NCBI GenBank assembly: GCA_965221125.1 | Contig: CBDCRW010000005.1 | Location: 64,001-128,000 of the forward strand | From: Alphaproteobacteria bacterium | GTDB lineage: Bacteria; Pseudomonadota; Alphaproteobacteria; UBA828 | DNA: 64,000 nt | Reading direction: 5' to 3' | Part shown: positions 9,395-19,334 of the stretch, piece after piece | Layout: each line of letters opens with the position of its first letter | Numbering within the stretch: the first letter of the stretch is position 1 | The notes under the pieces: generated by a model | Databases searched by the model: none | Told to the model about the DNA's origin: nothing | The model's input: the letters and a program-made list of their open reading frames with translations, nothing else | Made by a program: the position numbers and the translations under genes

Positions 9395-10723
9395 ATGAAC
9401 AGCTCAGACGACGACCTTCGCCAACAGATCGCGCTCTTCCGATACGACGTCATCGCCGATCTGGTGCATCTGCCCGTGGGTGCACCGGGTGCCGGCGCGA
9501 TGATGCGCGCCAAAGCCGAGAAGACCTACACGATCCCCGGAACCACCAGGACCCGGGTCGCCGCCGAGACCATGCGGCGCTGGATCAAGGACTACCGCTA
9601 CGGCGGCTTCGACGCGCTCTACCCCAAGCCCCGCACCGACCGGGGGAAGCCCCGGCGGCTGCCGCCCGAGGTCGCCGAGCGCCTCATCGCGCTGAAGACC
9701 GAGAACGACGCATTGTCGGTTCGCGCCATCATCCAGAAGGTCAAGGAGGAGGGTATCGACCACCCGCTCGCCTCGTCCACCGTGCACCGCCTCTTCAGCC
9801 GCGAGGGCCTGTTCGACAAGAAGCCGCCCGACGGGGCGGATCGCCGCCGCTTCGCCTTCCGGCATGCCGGCGAGATGTGGATGAGCGACGTCATGCACGG
9901 ACCCAAGGTCCGGCACGGCCGAACCCGGCGCAAGACCTACCTGATCGCCTTCATCGACGACGCCACCCGCGTCATCCCGTTCGCCGCCTTCGCCATGGCG
10001 GAGAACACTGCGGCGTTCCTGCCGGTGTTCAAGGACGCGCTGATCCGGCGCGGCCTCCCGGCCCGCTTGTACGTCGACAACGGAAGCGCCTACCGCTCCC
10101 GTCATCTCTCCCTGGTCTGCGCCAGGCTCGGCGTTGCGTTGATTCACGCAAGGGCGTTCCAGCCAGCGGGAAAGGGTAAGATCGAGCGCTTCTTCCGCAC
10201 CCTCCGGGCCGGCTGGCTCCGCCACCTCGGCGATGACGTCGACAGCCTGGAGGCGCTCAACCGCAGCCTCTGGGCCTGGATCGAGGGGGAGTATCACAAC
10301 AGCCCGCATCGTGGCCTCGACGAGGGGCGCACCCCGCTTGAGCAGTGGGCGCTGGCCTCGGCCGGCGTGCGCTATCCCGACGCCACCATGGACCTCGACG
10401 ATCTGTTCCTCTTCGAGGCCAGGCGCCGTGTCTACAAGGACCGCACCGTTAGTCTGAACGGCCGCGTCTACGAGGTCGACGCCCTCCTGGTGGGTCAGAA
10501 CGTCATCCTGCGCTACGACCCGGCCGCGCCGCCCTCGCGCCCTCTCGACGTGGTCCATGACGGCAAGCCGGCCGGCAAGGCCAGCCCTCTCGACGCCTAC
10601 GCCAATACCGCCGTCAGGCGCACCTACCCGGCCAGGGAGATCGAGGCCGAAGATCCGGCGCCCGAGCCTCCGCCCTCGCCGCTGGCCATGCGCAACCTCA
10701 AGGACAAGAAGGAGGACGAGTGA
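9395..10723 (+). CDS. DDE transposase (rve core with Mu-transposase-like C-terminal domain)
   Basis: HTH region, WMSDVMHG, AFIDDATR, LYVDNGSAY, GKGKIERFF, YHNSPH, RRVYKDRTVSLNGRVYEV. Confidence 0.95.
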   Translation: MNSSDDDLRQQIALFRYDVIADLVHLPVGAPGAGAMMRAKAEKTYTIPGTTRTRVAAETMRRWIKDYRYGGFDALYPKPRTDRGKPRRLPPEVAERLIALKTENDALSVRAIIQKVKEEGIDHPLASSTVHRLFSREGLFDKKPPDGADRRRFAFRHAGEMWMSDVMHGPKVRHGRTRRKTYLIAFIDDATRVIPFAAFAMAENTAAFLPVFKDALIRRGLPARLYVDNGSAYRSRHLSLVCARLGVALIHARAFQPAGKGKIERFFRTLRAGWLRHLGDDVDSLEALNRSLWAWIEGEYHNSPHRGLDEGRTPLEQWALASAGVRYPDATMDLDDLFLFEARRRVYKDRTVSLNGRVYEVDALLVGQNVILRYDPAAPPSRPLDVVHDGKPAGKASPLDAYANTAVRRTYPAREIEAEDPAPEPPPSPLAMRNLKDKKEDE

Positions 10724-11523
10724 TGTACCTGCGCCACTTCGCCTTCACCCGCCTGCCCTTCGAGACCCCGGCAGAGACCGACGAGCTGTTCGAGTCCAAC
10801 GCGCGCCGCGAGGCCGAGGCCAGGCTCGGCCACCTCATCGACCTGCGCGGCATCGGCCTGCTCACCGGCGAGGTGGGCTCCGGCAAGACCACCGTGTGCC
10901 GGCATCTGACCGCGCAGCTTCATCCAGGCCTCTACCGGGTCCACTACGTCTCGCTGACCACGGGCAACGTGCTCGACATGTACAAGGCGATCGCGTGGGA
11001 GATCGGCCTGCCCATCGAGCGCTCCCGCGCCTCGGCCTATCAGGCCATCCGAAACGAGATCTCCCGCCTCGTCACCGAGGCCAAGCAGCTGCCGGTCCTC
11101 GTCATCGACGAGGCCCATCATCTGCGCAACGACGTCCTTGAGGACCTGCGCCTGCTCACCAACTTCGCCATGGATGCAGAGCAGCGCCTGTGCCTCGTCC
11201 TCGTCGGTCTGACCGAGCTCAGGCGCCGCCTGGCCATGGCCATGCACGAATCCCTCAGCCAGCGCCTCGTCGTCCGCCACCACCTGAGCGGTCTCGACCG
11301 CGACGAGGTCGACGCTTACATCAAGCACCGCCTCAGGCTCGCGGGATGCGAACTGCCGCTGTTCGAAGAGCCCGCCGTCGAGGCCCTGTTCCAGGGCGCG
11401 CGCGGCCTGCCGCGCCAGATCAACCGCATCGCCCACTACGCGCTCTCCGCCGCCGCTCTCGACGAGGCGAGGACCGTCAGTGCCGACCACCTGCAGCACG
11501 CGCTCGAGGAACTGCGGCCATGA
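10720..11523 (+). CDS. ExeA-like AAA+ ATPase (transposition helper)
   Basis: Walker A TGEVGSGKT, Walker B LVIDEAH, SLSQRL, GLPRQINR; overlaps the transposase stop. Confidence 0.92.
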   Translation: MMYLRHFAFTRLPFETPAETDELFESNARREAEARLGHLIDLRGIGLLTGEVGSGKTTVCRHLTAQLHPGLYRVHYVSLTTGNVLDMYKAIAWEIGLPIERSRASAYQAIRNEISRLVTEAKQLPVLVIDEAHHLRNDVLEDLRLLTNFAMDAEQRLCLVLVGLTELRRRLAMAMHESLSQRLVVRHHLSGLDRDEVDAYIKHRLRLAGCELPLFEEPAVEALFQGARGLPRQINRIAHYALSAAALDEARTVSADHLQHALEELRP

Positions 11524-12560
11524 CCGGCTTCCCGACCCGCGCCCCGATCGAGCTGGAGGAGCGGCCGCGCGAGCAGCAATGGCTGGTGGACACGCTATGG
11601 GGCGAGCAGGCCGTCGGCATCGTCGGCGGCGAGCCGAAGTGCGGCAAGTCCATCCTGGCGCTGGACCTCGCGGTCGCAGTCGCCGCCGGCGTCCCATGCC
11701 TGCGGCACTTCGCCCCGGCCCGGCCTGGCCCGGTCCTGCTGTTCGCCGCAGAAGACGCCGGCCACCTCGTGCGCAAGCGCCTGCAGGGGATCGCCCGCGC
11801 CGCAGGCGCCCGCTTCGAGACCCTCGACATCGCCGTCATCGACGTGCCCACACTGCGCCTCGACCATCTCGACGACCGCCGCCGCCTGCAGCAGACCGTG
11901 GAGCGCATCGCACCGCGCCTCGTGGTCCTCGACCCCCTGGTCCGCCTGCACGGCGTGGACGAGAACACGGTTGCGGACGTCGCCCCGATCCTCGGCTTCC
12001 TGCGCGACCTGCAACGCCGCTTCGAGACCGCCGTCCTCCTCGTCCACCACGCCCGCAAGAGCGGGGCCACGAGGCCGGGGCAGGCCCTGCGGGGCAGCAG
12101 TGAGCTGCACGCCTGGGGGGACTCGAACCTCTACCTGCGCCGCCGGGACCGGCAGACCCTCATGACCGTCGAGCATCGCGCCGCACGCGGTCTCGACGAC
12201 ATCGAGATCGAGCTCAAGGAAGACGGAGAGGAGCCCTCCTTCCGGCTGCGCCAGCCGCCCACGGCCGGCGGCGGGGCGCCTCAGCCCGAAACACCCGAAT
12301 GCCGCGTTCTCAAGGCGCTCGCCGACGCCGGGGCGCCGCTCTCGCAACGCCAGATCCGGGAACGCGCCGCGACCCGGCACAAGACCGTCGGCGTAATCTT
12401 GCAAAAGCTCGTCCAGGAGGGTCGCGTCGCGCGCAACGCCGAGGGCGGCTACAGCGTCGTCGCAGGCGCAGCGGACAAGCGGGCGGCGGCCGCCGCCGCC
12501 AACGGCAGCAGTCGGCCGCAGGCCCCGCGGTTCCCGGAGCCCGGTTCCGCCAACGCCTAG
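11520..12560 (+). CDS. RepA-like (AAA_25, RecA-fold) helicase with C-terminal winged HTH
   Basis: WLVDTLW, GGEPKCGKS, FAAED, LVVLDPL, DEN, LVHHARK, LRGSSELHAWGD; ATGA overlap with the ATPase gene. Confidence 0.88.
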   Translation: MTGFPTRAPIELEERPREQQWLVDTLWGEQAVGIVGGEPKCGKSILALDLAVAVAAGVPCLRHFAPARPGPVLLFAAEDAGHLVRKRLQGIARAAGARFETLDIAVIDVPTLRLDHLDDRRRLQQTVERIAPRLVVLDPLVRLHGVDENTVADVAPILGFLRDLQRRFETAVLLVHHARKSGATRPGQALRGSSELHAWGDSNLYLRRRDRQTLMTVEHRAARGLDDIEIELKEDGEEPSFRLRQPPTAGGGAPQPETPECRVLKALADAGAPLSQRQIRERAATRHKTVGVILQKLVQEGRVARNAEGGYSVVAGAADKRAAAAAANGSSRPQAPRFPEPGSANA

Positions 12561-12965
12561 GGGTTCGAGCCGGAACCGCCGTCGGGAACCACCCTTCCCC
12601 AACGGTCCGGAAGGCGCTGCGCCTCCACCGGGATACTACGTCAGGTGAGCGGCCAGTCCGTGGCCGGAAGCTTGCTTCAGGCCATGGCAGCACTTCGTCG
12701 TGTGGACGGTGGCGAGTCACCCGAAGGGCCGAAGCGAAGCGCAGGAGCGGCGCAGCCGCTTGACGCGCCGACGGCCGCGCGACACCTCGTCAGCTCTCCT
12801 CAAGCACCAGTCCAAACCTCAATCAGACAGCGACCCCGGACCGCCCGCAGAGACCATGAGCTCCTACGCTTCGATCCGGAAAAGACCGAGCAATCTGGGA
12901 AATCAGGGCAGCGATCACGTCAAATAATCTGGGAGATTCGGCGTCAAATAACGTGCGAAACAACA

Positions 12966-15900
12966 GCCGTCGATCTCGACGTTGAGCTTGATCCCTTCGT
13001 CGAGCAGCGCGAAGTCCAGTTCATAGCCGGCGACATTGAGTTTGGCGTAGGGCTTGAGGCCGGAGTCCCTCATGCCCTCGAAAACAAGTTTCTCTGCCCG
13101 ACTGTCCACCCGGAAGTTAGAGATGGCGGAAGGCGTTTGCTGCTTCGCCGCTACTTCGTTGCGCAGATAGGCTCGGAGCGAACCCAGCGTGGGTATGCCG
13201 AGCTGATCGATTTCCGGGTGTCCAATTACGATGAGGGATCGCCGGGCGCGGCTGACGGCTACATTGATTAGATTCTTCGTGTCCTCGATCCAGAGGCGGT
13301 TGCGATGGCTCATATCGGGGGAAACCACGCAGGATATGACGATGGCGTCCCGCTCGTTGCCTTGATAGCTGTGCGCGGTCGCGGAGAGGAAGCCAGCTTC
13401 GCACAAGGCGTCGCGTGAAATCCTTGCACGCGCCAAGCGCTTGATGCGGTCTGCTTGTCCGCGGAACGGAGTGACAACGCCAACGGTGAGATCGGATCGG
13501 ACGAGATGGGTGAGATGGCGGACGACTTCTTCCGCCTCAGCCGGGTTGCACCAGCTCTCGCCGTTGTCGCCTCGCTCGCACTCACCGGCTACGTCTTTCC
13601 AGAGAATTGAGTGATCCGCGTCTTCGACATCGGTCAGGACGGTCAATTCGTCGTTGTAGAAGGTGCGATTGAACCATCGGGCGATCTGCGGATGGCAGCG
13701 GTAATGCTCGTCCAGGAGAACTGGGGGATTGGAATCGCCGACGCAGTAAGCGAAGGCGAGATAGGCCGACCCATCCTTGTGGTGCAGGTTTCGGTCGCGC
13801 AAGCCGTCATTGTCGAATCCTGTCTCCTCAGCAATTTTCTTGAGCACGTTGTCCCCAACTCGCACGATCGGCTGCAGTTGAGAGGGGTCCCCGATCACCG
13901 CCAAGCGTTTGGCACGGTACGCCAGGGGAAGTACCGCGGCGAGCGTGCATTGACTCGCTTCGTCGAGGATCACGAGGTCGAAGAGGCCGCTTTCCCTCGG
14001 GAAATTCGACCCCGTGGAAAGCGCGGTACAGGCCCAGCCCTGTATGGTGCCGAGTGTGGAGGCGATCATCCCTCGCAGCGCTTTAGCGCTTGCCGCTGTG
14101 CGCGAAAAGCGCGCGAGCTCACTGGATTGGGAATCAAACTTCATTGCGACGTGCTGGCGAACGGCGTTGTAGCTGATCTCAGCCCACTTTTGGTTGAGCG
14201 CAGGCACCGCCGTTGTCACGTCACCAACGGAGTTCTCGATTCGAGCGCACGTCTGCTTGAGCTCTTCGATTTCCCGGGTGAGTGACGACCGCTCCTGTTC
14301 GAGCCGGGCCCAGGTATGGATAGCGCTGATGGGTGCTGAATGAAGGCAGCGGATATTCTTGCGAAGCCGGCGACTGCGGAACCGCCCTAGGAATCGTGCA
14401 TTAAGCAATCGATCGGCCCGATCCTCGATGCGTAGAGGATCGCGTCGCGCGACGGGAGGCGCCTCGAGGTGCCAGACTCGCCGTGCCACGTTGTTCAACT
14501 GGTCTTGGACGGTTTCGAGCTTGTGCGCGAGCGCCAAGAGCTCCCCTTCAGCGGCGTTCAGTCGCTCGAGGTCTGCAAACAACCCGGCCCGTTGGCCCGC
14601 GATTTTGCTCAAGGCGTCGGAGGAGCTGGGGGGCCTGGCCACGATGGGGGTTGCTGCGCAACGCGCGTCGCTGATGCGGCCAAGCACATCCTCCCGAGCT
14701 TTGCGATTTCCGGTTCGGATAAGGAGCCCGCTGAAAACGCGCTCGACCGCGCGGTCCACCGCGACATCGACGGCAGCGTTGTTGGTGGACGTGACGAGAA
14801 CCTTCTCCCCGTCGAGCCAAGCATTGCACACGGCGTTTACGACGAGCTCGGTCTTTCCCGTCCCAGGCGGCCCGGTAATGATCGTCAGAGGATGCGCGCG
14901 AATACGCTGGAGCGCATGTTCCTGGGATTGATTGCACAGAAGTGGGGCCGCGAGGGGTGTTGATGGCGAGGCAGCGCCGACAACCGCTTTCGGTGCGGCG
15001 CGGATCAGGTGAGCAGCCGCGCTCGACATCCAGTCATCGCAGTTTTTAATCTTTTCCAGCTCCTTGATGAGGCTGGTGTAGTAACTGGTCGCCGAAGCGT
15101 AAGCCGATATTGCCGCGTTATAGACGCCTTCATGGCTTTGGATGTGATCGCTGAGAGCCGCCGGCTCGAGCGGAGCGTGTATGGCGAGGCCGATCAGTTC
15201 CGCTACCTTGGTCGCGCAGTTCGCACAAGCGTCCTGGTCTCCGAAAGGCCAACCGGTGCCAAGAAGATCGCCGACCTGCTGAGTAATGGAGTCTTCGAAT
15301 GCGCCGCTCCCGACGATGGCCTGGTTGAATTCGGGCTCGGTGGCAGCTTGGAGCCGCCATTCTCCGTCGGCGTTCCGATCGGCTTCAATCTGTACATAGA
15401 AGAGTGGAGCCACGCGTAGACGCCTGTCGTCTTTGAATACCAGCGTGGGCCATCCGTACAGCAGCGACGCTTTCTGGGGCGATTCGGACGATGAGGCCAG
15501 ACTGGTGGCGAGCTGTGCGGGGGCGCGGACGGTATTGGTATGTCCGACTATCAGTTGTTCGGAACCGGTATGGCAGAACCAGGAGCGAGCCTTGGCTTCG
15601 AAGGTTACGAGCGACTGGGCGGCTTCCGCCTGTACGCATCTTCGAGCGTAGCTGCAGAGTCGGCGCCAATCGTCTTGCGGCGACTGGTCGACTCCGGTGG
15701 GCTCTGCAGAACTGTCATCTGTCTCAGTCGATTCCGGTTGGGCTAAACAGGGTCGGCGGGTTGAGTGGTCGACCGGGCTTTCCCGAGGGCGCGATTGGAC
15801 GGGTCCAGGGACGGACTCAGAAATTGATCGCCGTCGAGTCACCAATTTTCTTGTCAAGTGTATGACGATGGCAATGACCACAACAAAAATCAGGAATGGC

Positions 15901-16019
15901 AGGGGGTCGGCGAGCACGGCCAACGAGGCTCCCTGATCGAAGTCTGGCACGAGAGGGTCTCGCAATTCGGGAACGACGGGCTTCGGTTTTGGAAGCGGCA
16001 CTGTCGTGTCATCTGCCAT
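12966..16019 (-). pseudogene. SF1 (DNA2/NAM7/UPF1-like) helicase fused to DUF559-like nuclease, with N-terminal TM helix; interrupted by the transposon
   Basis: ITGPPGTGKT, STNNAAVD, ILDEASQ, IGDPSQLQP, EHYRCHP, TPFRGQ, AHSYQGNERD, NVAVSRAR, YELDFAL..LNVEIDG; hydrophobic LPFLIFVVVIAIVIHL. Reconstructed length 1075 aa from ATG 16019. Confidence 0.9.
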
Positions 16020-16175
16020 GCGAATCTTCTGTATATGGTGCTGATCCAGCTTCGCGATCTTGAACGGTGCAGGACCAAGTGAGCGGGGGCAAGACCTACC
16101 CAGCATCGCACCGAAGGGGGTGAGCCAAGACCGTGACGCAGCGGCGCGCGCCTGAGAGCGGCAGGGGAGAGAGGC

Positions 16176-16647
16176 ATGACATCGACGCCGCGTGGGTCGA
16201 GATCAAGTCGGTCTCGGGCGCCTTGGAGCCGAGGAGTTCATCGCGTCGGGTCGCATAGCGATGGATTCCGTCGTCGCCGTCACCGGCAAGACGGAAGGCA
16301 ACGGCGGGACCATCACTTCACCCGGATCCTGTCGCACAGCGCCTTCCGCGCCGCCCTCTTCGAGCACAGAACGCGCAGCAAAGCCGACGTCGCCTGGATC
16401 CTCATGGTCTGGACCGGGCGGCTGCGACGGCGTGCTCACTTCGCACGCAACCGTCTTCGCCAGCAACAACAGAGACCGGGCCGGCGGACGCAGTGCGTCT
16501 CGCCAAGGGACCGCGATGAGTTCACCCATCCTGCCCGAGACATCGGTCGGCCCGCGATGGTGGAGAACATCGCGGACGGCATCCGCGCGGCGATGGCCGA
16601 CGCGGGGACCGGCGATCCGGCGGACGTCCACTACGTCCAGACCAAGA
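16176..16647 (+). pseudogene. Barbiturase / cyanuric acid hydrolase family, 5' fragment with frameshifts
   Basis: VVAVTGKTEGNGG, FTRIL, MVWTG, GCDGVLTSHATVF, DIGRPAMVE..A.GIRAAM.DAG..DPADVHYVQTK are spread over two frames. Start approximate. Confidence 0.85.
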
Positions 16648-16795
16648 TGCCGTAATGGGGCTCGGCGCCAATCGGCACCATCGGAGCCTGTCCCGATGAC
16701 GACGAATCGGGTGTCGTTGCCCTTGCACGCTCAGCGTGCTCACGGGGTCTTGCCGGAAGGCGCGCCCCAATCCTTCGAGAGGAAAGGGCAACGAC

Positions 16796-17839
16796 ATGGC
16801 TGTCTATATCGGGCTGGATGTATCGCTGGCAAGCACGACAATCTGCGTGATCGGCGACAAGGGCAAGATCGTGACCGAGGCTCAGGTCGCCAGCACGCCT
16901 GACGCGTTGGTTGCGTTCATGGGCAAGCTGGAGCACGAGATCGCCGTGATCGGTCTTGAGGCCGGTCCCCTGTCCCACTGGTTGCACAAGGGGCTGACCG
17001 ACGCCGGCTTCGAGGCCGTCCTTATGGAGACCCGGCGGGTGAAGGCGGCGCTGAAGGCGATGCCGATCAAGACGGATCGCCGGGATGCCGAGGGCATCGC
17101 ACGGCTCTTGCAGATGGGCTGGTTCAGGCCGGTGCACTGCAAGTCGGTATCGTCGCAGGAGATGCGCGCACTGCTGACCTCGCGCAGGTCCGTGAAGGGC
17201 GCGCTCACCGATATGGAACTCTCGCTGCGCGGCGTGTTGCGCAACTTTGGCCTGAAGCTGGGCCAGGTCTCGAAGGGCCGCTGGGAGGCCCGCGTCCGGG
17301 AGTTGATCGCAGGCAACGCGATGCTGGAGGCCGCCGCCGAACCGATCCTGCGCGCGCGGGTGGCTCTGCGCCGCGAGCTGGCCGGCCTGGAGAAGCTGGT
17401 CCGCGATCTGGCCAGGGAGGATCCGGTATGCCGGCTGCTGATGACCATGCCCGGCGTAGGCGCGGTCGTGGCCCTGACCTTCAAATCGGCGATTGACGAT
17501 CCCGGGCGGTTCCGGAGATCGAAGGATGTCGGCCCCTGGGTGGGACTGACGCCGGGCCGGGACCAATCCGGCGAGCGAGATATTGTCGGCGGCATCACGA
17601 AGTGCGGCGACGCAGGTCTGCGTACCGCGCTCTATCAGGCCGCCACGGTGATGCTGAACGGCACCGCCGGGCCGAACTGGCTGAAGGCCTGGGCGCTTCG
17701 TCTGGCGAAGCTCCGTGGCAAGAAGCGTGCGACCGTCGCCCTGGCCCGGCGCATCGGCGTGGTACTTCACCGGATGTGGCGGGACGGCACCGAGTTCCGC
17801 TTCACGCGCGAGGAGGCGATGGCGCTCCAGACGGCATAG
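16796..17839 (+). CDS. IS110-family DEDD recombinase/transposase
   Basis: YIGLDVS, IGLEAG, KTDRRDA (RuvC DEDD); TMPGVG, GLTPGRDQSG, ITKCGD..LRTALY. Confidence 0.96.
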   Translation: MAVYIGLDVSLASTTICVIGDKGKIVTEAQVASTPDALVAFMGKLEHEIAVIGLEAGPLSHWLHKGLTDAGFEAVLMETRRVKAALKAMPIKTDRRDAEGIARLLQMGWFRPVHCKSVSSQEMRALLTSRRSVKGALTDMELSLRGVLRNFGLKLGQVSKGRWEARVRELIAGNAMLEAAAEPILRARVALRRELAGLEKLVRDLAREDPVCRLLMTMPGVGAVVALTFKSAIDDPGRFRRSKDVGPWVGLTPGRDQSGERDIVGGITKCGDAGLRTALYQAATVMLNGTAGPNWLKAWALRLAKLRGKKRATVALARRIGVVLHRMWRDGTEFRFTREEAMALQTA

Positions 17840-17910
17840 GCGCGGCTGCATCCCACCGGCAATCGGAAGCGAGAGGAGGAAAGAGCCGCGCCTGAAGGTG
17901 GCGATCCACC

Positions 17911-18090
17911 GGTGTCCCCTCGCCGGGACGCGGTTCCCGTTGATGCACGCGCTGCGTCTTGTCGGCCGAACCGTTTCATCGCGTTCGAGCACGCGACCAA
18001 GATCGGCACTCGGGAATCGTTTGGACCAGGCATGACGTTGGCAGCCGCTGCGCTGACCACGGACGGAAGCGAGAGCCTGGCGACGGACAC
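17911..18090 (+). ncRNA. Putative bridge RNA / seekRNA of the IS110 element
   Basis: Closing stems 17912-17927 with 18076-18090 and 17931-17939 with 18011-18019; target matches GCTGCGTCTTG (17951-17961) and GACCAAGA (17995-18002); donor matches GGCAT (18029-18033) and ACGGAAG (18063-18069). Boundaries approximate. Confidence 0.7.
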
Positions 18091-18278
18091 ATCCGGGAAT
18101 CCCGCTTCCTTCTTTGCCGCGCAGACGAGTCAGTTAGCCGCTCCCGCCATGGCAATCCGCTATGTTGACCGCGCCTGTGATTCGATTTGCAACAGGCTAC
18201 GGTGCTTCATGTGCGAGCCACCGTGCCAGGCCGGAAGATCGTGAAGATCGGTGTTTGACATCAACCGCCCCATTACGG

Positions 18279-18565
18279 AAGACGCCGCTGCTCACCATCG
18301 ACATGGTGCGGGACGCGCACGCGCGCTGAGACCTTGGCCGAGGTGGTCCGTGAATTGATGGGGGTTGGCGCACCAATGGCACCATCGGGCTCGGCATCGC
18401 GGTCGTGCTTGGCGAAGTCGCCATGCCCTGGGCCGACGAAATCTGCCACAGCGTCGACCTCTGCTCATCGATCGCCTCGTGCTCGTCGGGCGTGGAACTC
18501 GACCGCGGGAAGATCGCCCTCTTCGGCAATGCGCCGGGGGTCGGCGGGCGCTTCCGCATCGTCCC
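18279..18565 (+). pseudogene. Barbiturase family, downstream fragment (stops/frameshifts, truncated)
   Basis: KTPLLTIDMVRDAHAR...[18 protein letters not shown]...[13 protein letters not shown]...[12 protein letters not shown]. Confidence 0.85.
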
Positions 18566-18568
18566 AGA

Positions 18569-19210
18569 TCAAGGGCGGACGCAACATCCATCCAGTATGA
18601 CTCGGGTCATCGTCTCGGCTGCGGTGTCGAAGTCATTTCTCGTGAGCCGTCGCTGCCCGAGCACGTCGGCGGCCAACATCCCGAAGTCCGCATAGAACTG
18701 GGTCGCCGACCACAGCATGATGAAGAAGTGGCGCGGGTCCACCTTTGCCATCTGCCTGCGGCGGATCCACTCCTCCACAACGTGGGCGCGCTGGTCTGTG
18801 ACCTCGCGAATGTGCTGGCGCTGGCGCCGCTCCAGGAACTGTGCACCGCGCAGGATCTCGTTGGCGAAGAAGCGGGATTCCGTAGCATGGCGGCGGGAAT
18901 ACTCGAGCTTCGCGCGAATGTAGGCAGCGATGGCCTCGCGCGGTTCGCGCTCGGACACAATGTGCTCGAAGGCTCGGTCCCATTCCTCGATCAGGCGCTC
19001 GATAACCGCCGCGTAGATGCTCTCCTTGGTCGGAAAGTAGTAGTAGACGTTGGTCTTCGGCAGGCCGCTGACCCGGGCGATCTCCTTCATGTGCGTGCCG
19101 TGAAAGCTCTTGTCGGCAAAGAGGCCGACGGCGGCGCGCAGGATCCTTTCCTCGTTCCGGGCCCGGATACGCGGCGTCCCCCCCGCATCTGCTCGCTTCG
19201 TTTTCGTCAT
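18569..19210 (-). CDS. TetR-family regulator, RutR-like
   Basis: [16 protein letters not shown]....[18 protein letters not shown]; C-domain [10 protein letters not shown]...[12 protein letters not shown]...[19 protein letters not shown]. Confidence 0.9.
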   Translation of the reverse strand: MTKTKRADAGGTPRIRARNEERILRAAVGLFADKSFHGTHMKEIARVSGLPKTNVYYYFPTKESIYAAVIERLIEEWDRAFEHIVSEREPREAIAAYIRAKLEYSRRHATESRFFANEILRGAQFLERRQRQHIREVTDQRAHVVEEWIRRRQMAKVDPRHFFIMLWSATQFYADFGMLAADVLGQRRLTRNDFDTAAETMTRVILDGCCVRP

Positions 19211-19300
19211 GCCTGTGCCCCACCTCACACTGCAATTTGCCGCGCCGTCGCTGTCGGCCTCAGTCTAACCCCGCTCGGCTGTTGCCGGGCCAGAAATTAC

Positions 19301-19316
19301 TTGACGTGCGTGTCAT
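19301..19316. promoter_or_regulatory. Candidate RutR-type operator or -35 region
   Basis: TTGACGTGCGTGTCAT resembles the E. coli RutR box TTGACCAnnTGGTCAA; lies between the divergent regulator and operon. Confidence 0.35.
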
Positions 19317-19334
19317 GTTGCCAGATCGTGAAAC

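Larger units (their letters stand above)
8345..12965 (+). mobile_element. 4621-bp four-gene DDE transposon, copy 1 (Mu/Tn7/Tn402-like end chemistry)
   Basis: Ends TGTTGTTT...AAACAACA; 5-bp TSD GCCGT (8340-8344, 12966-12970); second copy at offset +46670 gives identical ORF translations. Confidence 0.95.
16648..18282 (+). mobile_element. IS110-family element of IS1111 type
   Basis: Subterminal IR CCGTAATGGGG (16650-16660) / CCCCATTACGG (18268-18278); AAGA at both junctions (16644-16647, 18279-18282); removal restores barbiturase VQTKTPLLT. Confidence 0.92.

Noticed and set aside
8345-12965. CRISPR-associated or TniQ-targeted Tn7-like transposon
   Set aside because: No Cas, TniQ/TnsD, TnsA or array is present; the two target sites share no evident sequence.
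12915-12965. ORF-track C-terminus CCFARYLTPNLPDYLT of the helicase, and the 573-aa ORF at 59315
   Set aside because: Read-through across transposon ends, not native coding sequence.
16644-16649. 6-bp TSD (AAGATG/AAGACG) or IS66-like GTAA...TTAC ends for the 16.6-18.3 kb insertion
   Set aside because: Better explained as the shared AAGA core of an IS110-family recombination with subterminal IRs.
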